Shown here: piece after piece, positions 1 through 10,278 of the stretch
Numbering within the stretch: the first letter of the stretch is position 1
How the letters are laid out: each line of letters starts with the position of its first letter
Virus record (IMG/VR): IMGVR_UViG_3300035034_001349
Span: 10,329-74,328 of that record
Direction: 5' to 3' (one strand)
Source of the DNA: a virus
DNA: 64,000 bases
The notes under the pieces: model-generated
Told to the model about the DNA's origin: nothing
Seen by the model: only the letters and a program-made list of their open reading frames with translations
Databases searched by the model: none
Translations under genes and position numbers: made by a program

Positions 1-209
1 TTGATACTAGTTTAAAGTCAATTATAGGTAAGACAATTGATAGTAGTAAAGCACCAACAACTGTTAGAAACACAGATGAGGAGATTTCAGCAATAGTATC
101 GCCTTTGTCTATAGTTTCACGTATGACAACAGATGTATATTCTAAGTTATATTTAAATAAGGTGCTTATAGAACTGAAGGATGAAGTTAGAAAGATAGTT
201 GAAGAATAA
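1..209 (+). CDS. rpoB: C-terminal end of a split RNA polymerase beta subunit (C-half), truncated by the window edge
   Basis: The frame from nt 3 reads DTSLKSIIGKTIDSSKAPTTVRNTDEEISAIVSPLSIVSRMTTD...EE*, which resembles the beta motif K-G-V-I...P...D-I-V-L-N-P-L-G-V-P-S-R-M. Not in the ORF track. Confidence 0.7.
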   Translation, partial: DTSLKSIIGKTIDSSKAPTTVRNTDEEISAIVSPLSIVSRMTTDVYSKLYLNKVLIELKDEVRKIVEE

Positions 210-215
210 AAAAAA

Positions 216-241
216 AAGAATATACTTAATTGTATATTCTT
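216..241. terminator. Bidirectional intrinsic terminator
   Basis: AAGAATATAC-TTAATT-GTATATTCTT, flanked by A and T runs, between convergent genes. Confidence 0.8.
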
Positions 242-251
242 TTTATTCTTA

Positions 252-878
252 CTATGCTAACTCTTCTTCGTTATTAGGTGTTGAGAATAATGAAGAAAAC
301 ATTTCAATGTAATCTGAATAGTGTTTAACAATTTCTCCCTCAGAATCATCTAATAGACCTCTAATTTCATCATATAATTCAGGATCATAATAATCTCTAA
401 CAGACTCCATATATAAATTAGTTACTTCAACCATATTTTTAGCATCTATACCTAAGAAGAGATTATCAAATAAATTACCTAGTTCGTGTTTAATACCAGT
501 TGTATTAATCTTAAAAGCAGTACTATTTCTAAACTCTGATTCGTTTGTAGAGAATTCACCTAATAGTAATGAAGCAACTCTTAATGAACTATTGAATGCG
601 TCTACCATACTCCAATCGACTTCAATATGAATATTATTATCAATACGCTTAATTGAACCTTTGTTCATTAACTCGAGCATTTTACCCTGATCATCAACTA
701 GTTTGTTAAATACATCATCATCATTTTCAAAATCATACATTAATCTTTTGATATCAATTATTTCACTAATTTCATCAATATCTAGGTTTCCCAATAAACC
801 ATTGTTTAATAAATCATCCATCATTTCTCTGTTAATACTAATTAATTCCTGTTTTGTCATTTTCATTGTTACTTTCAT
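252..878 (-). CDS. Hypothetical early protein
   Basis: 208 aa ORF, AGGAGGT SD, early promoter at 923-942. Confidence 0.75.
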   Translation of the reverse strand: MKVTMKMTKQELISINREMMDDLLNNGLLGNLDIDEISEIIDIKRLMYDFENDDDVFNKLVDDQGKMLELMNKGSIKRIDNNIHIEVDWSMVDAFNSSLRVASLLLGEFSTNESEFRNSTAFKINTTGIKHELGNLFDNLFLGIDAKNMVEVTNLYMESVRDYYDPELYDEIRGLLDDSEGEIVKHYSDYIEMFSSLFSTPNNEEELA

Positions 879-922
879 AACAACCTCCTTTTAATCTTCT
901 AGTAATCTAAATAAACCTTTTT

Positions 923-942
923 AATCATTATTATAATATATA
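923..942 (-). promoter_or_regulatory. Early (virion RNAP-type) promoter motif
   Basis: Minus strand TATATATTATAATAATGATT; one of 14 intergenic copies. Confidence 0.75.
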
Positions 943-958
943 ACTATAAAACGTTTAT

Positions 959-1924
959 TTACATATTTTTAAATAGATTGCTTTTTATTCTATTCGTAAC
1001 CTTATCAGAATAAAATTTTTCATTGATGAATGGTAATGCTTCATGAATATTATCAGAGTGATCAATAAGTCTAAGTATAACTTTCTCAGTTATTTTATCG
1101 TACTGGAACATAGAAAATACTTCTAGTACATCCATAAAGTCGTAGGTGTCATTTACTCTTTGAAATGAATCCAATGAACTATATGTCTTAAATTCATCTA
1201 ATGCTTTAATCATAACATCTTCATCACTTATAGATATCTTTTTAACAATATCACTAGTTAAGCTATCTTTATTTTTAATTACCTCATTTATTAGATAATT
1301 ATCAATTAAATGATGACCTTTTAGCATAAAATCATCAAATTTACTAACTAGAACATCTTTTAAATCCTTACTAACTTGGTTGTCAAAGTTAAAATATATA
1401 CCATGTATATTATAAAACCAAGGATCTAACTTAATCAAATTACTAAAAACTTCTTCATGTAGATATACATAGTTTAATATAAATTTATTTTTTATGATCA
1501 TAGTCTTATCCTTTTTGAGTATAAACATTACTAAGTCAGTATTTAAATATGCTCCATATTTGAATGACATATTTATATCATTTCTTATTAAGTCACTTAT
1601 TAAATCCATACTCACTGGATTAGAATTACTTATTACTATATTCATAACCATTGAGTCTACATCTTTTAGTGCCCCCTTTAAAGACTTTGTATATGCTTTA
1701 TTGTCTTTAGTTCTTTTTTCACTATACTCACCATATTCTCTAAGTATTTTACACTCATACTCATTTATATCTTCTAGTCTTACTATATTTTTAACAGATT
1801 CAATACTCTTTAAAAATGTATCATTTCTCTCAGATGGTAGTATTGTAGTAGTATCCTCTAAGTTCAGTTCAGATAATACTTTTCTTATTTCATTTAGGTT
1901 TTTGTTCATATATTTACTACACAC
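959..1924 (-). CDS. Hypothetical alpha-helical repeat protein (probable paralog of 15582-17009)
   Basis: 321 aa; helical repeat character; C-terminus IKSNLFKNM resembles VKKDVFTKFY. Confidence 0.65.
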   Translation of the reverse strand: MCSKYMNKNLNEIRKVLSELNLEDTTTILPSERNDTFLKSIESVKNIVRLEDINEYECKILREYGEYSEKRTKDNKAYTKSLKGALKDVDSMVMNIVISNSNPVSMDLISDLIRNDINMSFKYGAYLNTDLVMFILKKDKTMIIKNKFILNYVYLHEEVFSNLIKLDPWFYNIHGIYFNFDNQVSKDLKDVLVSKFDDFMLKGHHLIDNYLINEVIKNKDSLTSDIVKKISISDEDVMIKALDEFKTYSSLDSFQRVNDTYDFMDVLEVFSMFQYDKITEKVILRLIDHSDNIHEALPFINEKFYSDKVTNRIKSNLFKNM

Positions 1925-1977
1925 TCCTTTATTGTATAAGTCAAGTCCAATAGTATATCATTATAATTACAAAACTA

Positions 1978-2418
1978 TTACCTCATAAATTTAAATTCAA
2001 GTATTCTTCTTAATGTCTCTGAGTACTCATGAAAATCATTAGACGATGAACCCATAATTATTGTTATAGACACATATCCAAGATGCTCATAAACAAATTC
2101 CTCACTCATCCTTTGATTCTTACATAAATAGAACCAGTCTAGTTTATCCTTATGTTTTCTCATGAAATCTTCACTCAGTGTCTGAAAAAATGATGTTGAT
2201 GGATAATTAAAACACTCAGGATTATCCTCTATGAATTTCTCACTCACTACTTGACTAGATAGAACATAATTCAAGGGTACATATTCTATATATTCATTTA
2301 TAATTTCTTCAGGGAATTCATAGTCTACTAAAATAACCTTCCACTCACTCTTACTGTTTACATCTAACTCATCTAATATATCTCTGGTTATTTTTCCTTG
2401 TTTATCACGAATAATCAG
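1978..2418 (-). CDS. Trp-repeat (LSEDF...LDW) protein; probable non-canonical CTG/ATT start
   Basis: The frame stays open 48 codons upstream of the tracked TTG, reaching CTG(2418)/ATT(2415) just after a GAGGAG SD; repeats LSEDFMRKHKDKLDW and MSEEFVYEH. Confidence 0.6.
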   Translation of the reverse strand: MIIRDKQGKITRDILDELDVNSKSEWKVILVDYEFPEEIINEYIEYVPLNYVLSSQVVSEKFIEDNPECFNYPSTSFFQTLSEDFMRKHKDKLDWFYLCKNQRMSEEFVYEHLGYVSITIIMGSSSNDFHEYSETLRRILEFKFMR

Positions 2419-2462
2419 TCAGCTCCTCTCTATTAATAATAAAATATTACTTAAATCCTTCT

Positions 2463-2482
2463 AATCACTATTATAATATATA
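2463..2482 (-). promoter_or_regulatory. Early promoter motif
   Basis: TATATATTATAATAGTGATT. Confidence 0.75.
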
Positions 2483-2500
2483 TTTAGAAAAAAATATAGA

Positions 2501-2512
2501 AACATTATATTA
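2501..2512 (+). promoter_or_regulatory. Late promoter AACA-N6-TA
   Basis: AACA-TTATAT-TA upstream of a structural-type gene. Confidence 0.7.
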
Positions 2513-2544
2513 ATCACTGAATATAAAATGAAAGGAAGGTTATA

Positions 2545-3744
2545 ATGGGTAGATTAGTAAATGATGAGCAAGAAATAATCAGTAAAAATATAGATAACTA
2601 CTTAGATGCTTCAACCTCAGAGTACAGTAAGTACCTCAATGGAGTACCAACATTTACAACTTATTATCATAAAAATGTAAATGCATCACACCAAGATGTA
2701 GGTCTAGAACAAGTGCAGGAAGTCATAGGAAGTGAGTCTCCTATACGATATGATAAAATAGATGACCTATCGTTATACGGAATATCACAGGCGGATTTAC
2801 AATATGTTGTAGATGAAAATTATGGAGTGGAAAGTGAAGTTGAAGGTGATGCTATTGTACTACCAGATACAATTAAGCCATTACCAGATGATTTCTTCTT
2901 AGTTAATTACAATGATACTGATTTATTATTCAGAGTAACTAATGTAAATATAGACAAAATGAATGGTAAAAAGTATTATAAGATAGACTTTGTATTATCT
3001 ACTTATGACGTAGCACTAATAGAAGAACAAATTGAAGGCAACTATACACAATTCTTCGAAAATATAGGTACTGAAAAGAATACTATAGTTGAAAATAAAG
3101 ATGGTCTTATAATCCAATATATAGACAAACTATTAGACTCTTTAACTACGAACTATTTAGAAGACTATATGAATAAAAAAATTGATATATTGACTTATAC
3201 ATTTAACGACAAGATTCTTTATAACGAATTCCTAATAGAGTTTATAACTGACAATAATGTAATGTCTGAGAATAATAATGTATTCTCCCAATATGTAATA
3301 GACAGTATTTTTGAGACAAATGATCGTAATTTTAACAATATGTATGATAAGACTATATATAGTGCATTAGAATTAAATAACACTGATGATTTAGTGCCAA
3401 ATAACTTGGTTGCTACTGAAATAACTAATGTAAATACTGTATTCTATTATGATATTAATACTTACTACTTTTTACAACATACTATTACAGAGAATGAAGA
3501 AGAAATAGTTATACCTTATAGTATGGATTTAGTAGATAATATTAAGAATAATACAACTTATACAGATGTCGAATTATATTTTATAGAGAATATATTAGTT
3601 AATCACTTTAATGATAGTCTAGTTATTGATGAAGAATTCTTGGATACTATTAACAATCATGATTTTTCCATAGGTCTTTCAAACTTCTTACTTATTCCAG
3701 CATTAATGTTTGTATTACAACTTTATAAGAAAAAACTATTATAA
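2545..3744 (+). CDS. Virion structural protein (possibly neck/head completion)
   Basis: 399 aa, late promoter, AGGAAGG SD, beta-rich N-terminal half. Confidence 0.5.
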   Translation: MGRLVNDEQEIISKNIDNYLDASTSEYSKYLNGVPTFTTYYHKNVNASHQDVGLEQVQEVIGSESPIRYDKIDDLSLYGISQADLQYVVDENYGVESEVEGDAIVLPDTIKPLPDDFFLVNYNDTDLLFRVTNVNIDKMNGKKYYKIDFVLSTYDVALIEEQIEGNYTQFFENIGTEKNTIVENKDGLIIQYIDKLLDSLTTNYLEDYMNKKIDILTYTFNDKILYNEFLIEFITDNNVMSENNNVFSQYVIDSIFETNDRNFNNMYDKTIYSALELNNTDDLVPNNLVATEITNVNTVFYYDINTYYFLQHTITENEEEIVIPYSMDLVDNIKNNTTYTDVELYFIENILVNHFNDSLVIDEEFLDTINNHDFSIGLSNFLLIPALMFVLQLYKKKLL

Positions 3745-3800
3745 ATTAACATTTAATTAATCAATACTAATATAACAATAGAAGGGAACAGGTGGTTTTC

Positions 3801-3929
3801 TTGCTACAAGAATTTATTAAGATATTTAATGAGCAGAAAAAGGTTAACTTAAATGAGTCAAATCAAAATCTAGATGAAGAAAATATGAAAGTTCTAAAGG
3901 AAGAAGATAAAGGAAGAGTTTTATTATAA
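3801..3929 (+). CDS. Small late protein (42 aa) rich in L-x-E motifs
   Basis: TTG start after AGGTGG; MLQEFIKIFNEQKKVNLNESNQNLDEENMKVLKEEDKGRVLL; late promoter at 3748-3759; below the ORF-track cutoff. Confidence 0.55.
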   Translation: MLQEFIKIFNEQKKVNLNESNQNLDEENMKVLKEEDKGRVLL

Positions 3930-3951
3930 TTTAGAAGGGAGAAATGTTTAT

Positions 3952-4386
3952 ATGAAAAAAGTAAAAGTAATTGTTAAGCATAGGGGTCATGTACCATTTA
4001 TCGGTCATGGACCAGTTACTAAGCCAATTTTTATTAATGATTCACAATTCAAAGTGTTGAAAAAGGGTGGCTATGATGTTGAAAAGGTAGAAGAGCCAAA
4101 AATTAAGGAAGTAGAAGTAGCCGAAGTAGTTGAGGAAGAGATCGTTGAAGAGCAGGTAGAAGTAGAAGAAGTTACTGAGCCTGAAGAAGAAATCATTGAA
4201 GAAGTAGAAGAAGAAATTCTTATGGATGATGAAAACTTAAGTGCTGAAGCTTTTTATAATAGAGACTTCTTAACAGTTTCAAAGTCAAAAGAAATATTAG
4301 ATGCTAGAGGCATTGAATATTCTCATGATGAAAAAGCTAGTCCTTTAAAGGATAAGGTTGAAGAATCTAATCCTGAAACAGTATAG
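3952..4386 (+). CDS. Acidic hypothetical late protein
   Basis: 144 aa with a Glu/Val-rich linker between two small domains. Confidence 0.7.
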   Translation: MKKVKVIVKHRGHVPFIGHGPVTKPIFINDSQFKVLKKGGYDVEKVEEPKIKEVEVAEVVEEEIVEEQVEVEEVTEPEEEIIEEVEEEILMDDENLSAEAFYNRDFLTVSKSKEILDARGIEYSHDEKASPLKDKVEESNPETV

Positions 4387-4397
4387 CAAAAAAAAAA

Positions 4398-4423
4398 CAG
4401 TAATAGCTTAATTGCTATTACTG
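4398..4423. terminator. Bidirectional intrinsic terminator
   Basis: CAGTAATAGC-TTAATT-GCTATTACTG with A and T tails. Confidence 0.8.
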
Positions 4424-4821
4424 TTTTTATTTCCTTTATCAACTAGACTGAGTTCTACATTAAGAATTTCAAACCAGCGTTTAAGTGTGGTAGTTGACAT
4501 TGATGGTCTTGTTGCTAAACCGTAAAATAAATTGTATCCATCATGACCTTTTTCATCAGCATAATCATAGATATCATTTAACGTTATTTGTTTTTTATTA
4601 ACTTCACTCTTGATTACAGTTACTATTTCATCATCAGTGTCAAAATGTTCCATCACAATTATTTCATCTTTAGATGTTCTATCCCCACCTTTAGTTCTTT
4701 TTAATGTAGATTTCTTAGATTTGGTACTCTTAACTTCTTTATTCTTATTTTTATCTATTCTGTCCTTTAATTTTTCATTACTATTTAAATATTCTTCATA
4801 TAATCCGCCTACGTCTGACAT
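4408..4821 (-). CDS. Hypothetical protein, possible C-terminal HTH-like domain
   Basis: 137 aa; GYNLFYGLATRPSMSTTTLKRWFEIL resembles Cro/C1-type helices. Confidence 0.5.
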   Translation of the reverse strand: MSDVGGLYEEYLNSNEKLKDRIDKNKNKEVKSTKSKKSTLKRTKGGDRTSKDEIIVMEHFDTDDEIVTVIKSEVNKKQITLNDIYDYADEKGHDGYNLFYGLATRPSMSTTTLKRWFEILNVELSLVDKGNKNSNSN

Positions 4822-4829
4822 AACTCCTC

Positions 4830-5912
4830 CTATTCTGAATATTTTGCAATAGAACTAAGGTTAACTATAGTATCAGTCTCATCTTCATATTCTGAATTAC
4901 CTTTAACCATATCATCTAAACCATTAAATTCACCATCTTCTTTATCGGCTACTTCCTCAGTTTCTTCATCGTCATCACCTTTAAGCCATTCAGGTATTTC
5001 TTCTTCACTCTCTTTTTGTTCTTCATCAGTTAATTTGTATTCCTCTTCCTCTTCACTTTCTTCAAATGGTAAATCTTCTTCATCATCACTTGAACTGCCA
5101 AACATATCATTTATCGGAGTACTATAACTGCTATTATTCTTAAATTTTCGTGTTATCTTTTTCTTAGTACTCTTAACTTTACTCTTAACTGTATTTGGAA
5201 CTCTATTTGATTCTGAGCTACTCTCTGATTTATGTGATGATAGAGTTAATAACGCAGTATTATATATAAGTTCACTACTAGTTACTAAGTTAAATCTATC
5301 AAGGAAATAAACTAATCCATCCAACATCATTTCAGAAACTTCAGCACCATATCCACTATCATTCATATAAAATATAGCACCCTTACTCTCGTTCATACCC
5401 TCTCTATCATGAACGATAACATCAAATTCAATTGATATAACTTTATCGAATATAAGTCTATCTATATTAACACGTAAGTCCTCATACTCTCTATTTAGAA
5501 ATATACCCTCATCAGTTTCAAAGAAGACTTCTACTGGCTCATCATCATGCACTACTTCATTTTTAATTATACTTTGTGCAAATTTAAGTTGTTTAATCAA
5601 GTGTGGTATATGTGGATAGCTTAGATAGATTTCCTCATAATTCTTATTTTTTCTATCACTATACTTAAATACTAGGTAATCTTGTGTATCTATAGATATT
5701 TGACTCAATTTACTGTAATTACTATACTTACTTGAGTCATAACTTCTTTCATAATGAGGTTCAATCTTCTCATCTCTACTGTTCTTTTTACCTAATAGAA
5801 CTACATTCTTAACTTCTAGATTCTTTGATATGCGTAGTAATGATCTTTCTATTTTTTCATAATTATTGAACTGAAACATAAAACGTTTGCCTACCTTTCT
5901 ATATATACTCAC
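4830..5912 (-). CDS. Hypothetical protein with long acidic C-terminal tail (possible ssDNA-binding or replication factor)
   Basis: 360 aa, folded N-terminal domain plus D/E-rich tail, next to the helicase. Confidence 0.55.
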   Translation of the reverse strand: MSIYRKVGKRFMFQFNNYEKIERSLLRISKNLEVKNVVLLGKKNSRDEKIEPHYERSYDSSKYSNYSKLSQISIDTQDYLVFKYSDRKNKNYEEIYLSYPHIPHLIKQLKFAQSIIKNEVVHDDEPVEVFFETDEGIFLNREYEDLRVNIDRLIFDKVISIEFDVIVHDREGMNESKGAIFYMNDSGYGAEVSEMMLDGLVYFLDRFNLVTSSELIYNTALLTLSSHKSESSSESNRVPNTVKSKVKSTKKKITRKFKNNSSYSTPINDMFGSSSDDEEDLPFEESEEEEEYKLTDEEQKESEEEIPEWLKGDDDEETEEVADKEDGEFNGLDDMVKGNSEYEDETDTIVNLSSIAKYSE

Positions 5913-5927
5913 TACTATAATATATTA

Positions 5928-7382
5928 TTATAATTCTATTTCAAATGCTTCTTTTGCTATTTTATTTAGTGTTCTACGCTTGTAGGTCAATTGTTTCTTA
6001 CACTCATCGAATCCCATATCAGTTATATCAAAATATACTGATGGTTTATCTTCACCTCTAAATCTTAATCTACCTATTATTTGCTTGAGAAGAGCAGATG
6101 AAGACATAGGTACAGTATTAATTAATGCACTAACATTATCCACATGAACTGCTTTATTAAAACTTTTAACAGTAGTTATTACAATATCTTTATCTAATTC
6201 TTTATCTCTTTTATCTCTCTTAACAAGTCCACAAAATCTACCTATATTCTTACTCTCAAAATCTTCATCTAATTTTTTATATAATTTTTGTATAAGGTCA
6301 TTCTTCTGTATCATAATAAATACTCGATTACTATTTTCCTCAGGCTTACTCTTTAGAACCATATCATTGACTATATTGAATAGAATGCCATAAAACTGTT
6401 CGAATTTATCATCTTTTAAATAATCTGAAAATGCATTAGCACTAAATCCATAATTCCCTGATACCATACTTGCTTGTTGCTTTACATTAGGTTTTGTATT
6501 TATTTTAGTGTAAACAACTGTATGATATCTCTCATCATCATGTATATGAAGACCATGTACCACTACTGTCTCATACATGCGTTGATAAATATAATCTTCT
6601 TTATAGTCACTTCTTTCAGGAGTAGCTGTAAGATATAAGGTTTCAGATATATCAGTTAATGCATCTATATAGAATATATTCATCCATTCTACATGTGCTT
6701 CATCATAAATCTTGATACCTACACCTAAGTTTCTCATTAAATCTCTAAATTTATTAGGCTTATCTGTTAGAAAGTTTGACACAGTTCTATGCATTGCAAT
6801 TATAAATTTATAGTCATGGTCATGATATTTTATTTCCATAAGCTCTTCAATTGTTTCTTTACCAGATATAATGAATATTTCATCTTCAGTTACATCAGTG
6901 AACTTCAATACTGAGTCCTTCCATTGTTGTGCAACTCTATCTAAGTCAACAAATACCATTGGCAACTTCTTTACTGTAGATATATAATTTATAGCACAAT
7001 ATGTTTTACCATCACCTGGTTTCAATGCTAATATCTTTTGAGTTTCATTATCTAAATCATCAAACTCCTTTCGTTCATTTAGGAAGTCTAATGCCCTCTC
7101 TTGTATATTGTCTCTAGGTTGTGATATCATATTATATCTAATACTCATATACTTAGAGTGGGACATAGATAAATCTACTATATCATCCATATTTTTGTCA
7201 AGATGTTGTAAAAGTTTATTTATGTTATATCCTCTAGGAATGAGTAATGAACCGTCTTCCTTAATCATTGCACTAAAATCTACACTGAAGGTAGCTGGAT
7301 TCCATAAGTTTAATGAATATTCCAGCTTCTTAACAGTCTTATAATTTTCTATTTCTATATGACTTGGTTTTAATTTAATCAT
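5928..7382 (-). CDS. Superfamily 2 DNA helicase (UvsW/DEAH-like)
   Basis: Motifs PGDGKT, DEAH, TATP, QIIGRLR. Confidence 0.9.
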   Translation of the reverse strand: MIKLKPSHIEIENYKTVKKLEYSLNLWNPATFSVDFSAMIKEDGSLLIPRGYNINKLLQHLDKNMDDIVDLSMSHSKYMSIRYNMISQPRDNIQERALDFLNERKEFDDLDNETQKILALKPGDGKTYCAINYISTVKKLPMVFVDLDRVAQQWKDSVLKFTDVTEDEIFIISGKETIEELMEIKYHDHDYKFIIAMHRTVSNFLTDKPNKFRDLMRNLGVGIKIYDEAHVEWMNIFYIDALTDISETLYLTATPERSDYKEDYIYQRMYETVVVHGLHIHDDERYHTVVYTKINTKPNVKQQASMVSGNYGFSANAFSDYLKDDKFEQFYGILFNIVNDMVLKSKPEENSNRVFIMIQKNDLIQKLYKKLDEDFESKNIGRFCGLVKRDKRDKELDKDIVITTVKSFNKAVHVDNVSALINTVPMSSSALLKQIIGRLRFRGEDKPSVYFDITDMGFDECKKQLTYKRRTLNKIAKEAFEIEL

Positions 7383-7397
7383 TCAATTTTCACCTCT

Positions 7398-9664
7398 CTA
7401 AATAAATACATTATCTATTATAGATGTACCATCCTTTTGATATAGTAATGGTGATAAGAATTGCCCTTTGAGTCTCTCAAATGCTAAACTAACTGAAGGA
7501 CTCTTACTATTCTGTATTGCTGATGACACACGTAATACCTTGTATGGTGGAATCTTTTCACCAAGGAAATTAGGTTTATTTAATAAATTATCTGTATCTC
7601 TAATTAATTTACTTACAATTAACTCTGCATGAACACTATCTAAATTAATACCACTCTCTTGTATTAACTCTATAAATTTATTATGAATATCATTAAAATT
7701 ACTTAAACCTAAGTGATCTTTATTCTCAATTAATTTAAGTATTTTCTTTAATGGTTTAGATAGTTCATTGTTCTCCATTATAAACTTGAATAGAACATCC
7801 ATATCTGAGTACTTGATAGTGTTTATTTTAATAATACCGTCTACATTTACACTATTGATTCTTTCAAGTAATAATTCTGATGGGAAGAATGTTATAGGTA
7901 ACTCAATTAATTTTTCATCACCATCATCATTCTCTATATACATTTTATCGATAGCATAACTACTATGCTCATCATCCATGTATAAATCTTCTTCCTTTAT
8001 AATTATACTTACATCTTTTGTTATATTATCTCTGTTAATAAATACCATATTTCTATCTACAACAAAATACTTAGTAAACGTATTACTCCAATCAAGTTCA
8101 TCTGATACTGCTTGCAATAAGTGTTTAGCAGATAGTAATCTTTGTGTTATCTGTTCTGTTAAGAATAGCACTGCTATTATACCAATATGAAGGTTTCTAT
8201 TTATCTTAGCCATTTTACCATAGCAAATATCACATGCACCTTCATCTTCATTACAAGTAATAGGACTCCTAAGTTTTATAGTCTTGCCAATTAAATGATA
8301 ATAATCTTTATCAATTATTTTTAGACCACTATCTGTTATATGGTAACGTCCTAATACTTTCTTCAATGTGTCTTCATTAGTCACATCATATTTTAAATAA
8401 TGTTTAGTCTCACAATCTTCAATATCACTAAGTTTAGTATCAATCATTAAGAGTGATAACTTTCTGGTTAGATCGCTTACATTCATGTGAATTCGTTAGA
8501 CTCACACAGTTCTTTTATGAACTTCTATATGTTTCCATATAGGCTAGACTATATCTTTTCACAATATGAGATATTGTTTATTCTCCGTTTCGATTTAAGG
8601 GATTCTCACCCACGCCAATAACTTGCGTCCTACTCCTAATGCATCATATGATGCCAATGGGATAGTCGTTGAACCTTACTCTTATAAAAGAGTCTTGGAT
8701 GCTGATTGTCTTCACCACCATGTGTTAAGATTTCCCAGCAGTTAAAAGAATTTATTCTGAGCTATAAATCTAAAAAGTTTAGTATCTTATCTTCTCTAAA
8801 CTTTATATCTTTATTATTCATATTATATCTCCTCTAGATAATAATACGTGCGGTTAAGTTTAACCCAGATTTCCTTACTTGCTTATAATTTGTTATGATA
8901 GCCTTTCTAGCACCTGAAGCGTTTATAACAAAATCATCTACATTTCTCATTCCATTTATAAGACTAGTATTTACAATCTTCTCTAATATACTTCCATCTA
9001 ATCCTGGTTTAGCTCCAACTGCAATGGCATACTGTCTTAACTGTTTAACATTAACACCAGTACCACTATTTAGATAATTTTTCATTACATTATCTTCAGT
9101 CCTTAATATCTCTAATAATTCATCCAACTTACGATTACCCATATCTTCAATCTCTTTATATTCGATATTAGGTGGGAATTTGAAGTTTAATAAATTATAA
9201 AGGTCTTCATTCTTATTTGATAACTCTATTAGAGAGTATAGATTCATACTATTTCCATACAACACGTTGTATGTGCCTGAGATATCATCTAGTGTATTAG
9301 TAATATCTGAAATTATACCATTAATCTTTATGAATCCTTCTTCACTTTTACCGAACTTATCAATAATACGATTGTAATATTTCTCTAGATTACTTGATTT
9401 AAAGTTATTTGGGTCTGTTATAATAAAGTTATCATCTATACTATTACATTCAAATGTAAAGAAAGGTTTGAGTAATATTACATTAGTTACAAAATTTGCA
9501 AAAGGCATTTCATATGTTTTATCACCATTTATAACCTTTACCTTATCCTTTCTGTCACTAAATTTTTCTATAGACTCATCTACTATATGTTCAAGATTTG
9601 TTTCATAGTTATTGAGTACTAACTCCTCTAAGTTATATATCTTCAAAAAATCATCTCCATTCAT
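7398..9664 (-). CDS. rpoC: Non-virion RNA polymerase beta' subunit, C-half; spliced from exons 9664-8863 and 8473-7398 (625 aa)
   Basis: Splicing rebuilds the bridge-helix motif KSG-Y-LTRKL; also RSPITC...CDICYG zinc site, EQITQRLLSAKH trigger loop, SLAFE. Confidence 0.92.
8474..8862 (-). ncRNA. Group I self-splicing intron (389 nt)
   Basis: 5' exon ends in U and the intron ends in G. Core elements: P AACTGCTGGGAA, Q AATCAGCATCCAAG, R GTTCAACGACTA, S AAGATATAGTCT. P1 UCUGGGU/GCUCAGA has the U.G splice pair; P10 is TTAGAT/ATCTAA. Confidence 0.95.
8762..8821 (-). pseudogene. Intron L1 mini-ORF (19 aa), probable remnant of a homing endonuclease
   Basis: AGAGGAG SD then MNNKDIKFREDKILNFLDL*; the stop codon overlaps the internal guide sequence. 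Confidence 0.55.
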
Positions 9665-9673
9665 GTTATAAAC

Positions 9674-9964
9674 TTAAACTGCTAAATTCAATACTGCCGA
9701 TACTAATAGTCCTCCTAGAACTGTTCCTAGTAACATAGTTAATAATAATGATACGCTAAAACTTGAGAGCAATGACATATCTGTTCTAAGACATCCTATA
9801 ACTGTAAGTAAGCTATAAATTAGAAAAACTGTAAATGATGATATTATTACGTTTATAGAAGGCATTGCAGAGAAAATTAAAATCATCACTGATGCAATCA
9901 AAGTAAACATAAGAGTCCATTCTATTAATAATTTTGTCATTGCTATTTTCTTACTTTTCTTCAT
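9674..9964 (-). CDS. Small membrane protein (about 3 TM), array member 5
   Basis: 96 aa, basic N-terminus, three hydrophobic segments, own SD. Confidence 0.75.
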   Translation of the reverse strand: MKKSKKIAMTKLLIEWTLMFTLIASVMILIFSAMPSINVIISSFTVFLIYSLLTVIGCLRTDMSLLSSFSVSLLLTMLLGTVLGGLLVSAVLNLAV

Positions 9965-9975
9965 TGGTATTCCTC

Positions 9976-10266
9976 CTATATAATATTATACCCTGATATA
10001 CTAAATATCATTCTGACTACAACGTTTCCAATTAGTGCACTTGATATAAGGCAAACTAATACTAAACCGTTTTCTTTTGTAAATAAAGTCCCACTATTAG
10101 AAGCACCAGTTGTTGTTAATACTACTGTAAAAATTAAACCTGATATGAATGTAGCAAGTATAATATTAATAATGGGTAAACTTGTAAGTATCAATATTAT
10201 GATTGTTTGATATATTGAAAGTAACCATACACCCTCTAGAAACCACATTAAGCCATCTTTTTTCAT
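9976..10266 (-). CDS. Small membrane protein (about 3 TM), array member 4
   Basis: 96 aa; LPIINIILATF resembles MPSINVIISSF in the neighbour. Confidence 0.75.
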   Translation of the reverse strand: MKKDGLMWFLEGVWLLSIYQTIIILILTSLPIINIILATFISGLIFTVVLTTTGASNSGTLFTKENGLVLVCLISSALIGNVVVRMIFSISGYNII

Positions 10267-10278
10267 TATCTTATCTCC

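Noticed and set aside
4830-5926. Leaderless GTG start at 5912
   Set aside because: An ATG at 5879 with an upstream AAGGTAGG is an equally plausible start, and the two cannot be distinguished from sequence alone.
7398-9664. Tracked ORFs 7398-8486 and 8834-9664 as two separate genes
   Set aside because: They are exons of one gene. The ends MNVSD and LNLTARIII are intron sequence.
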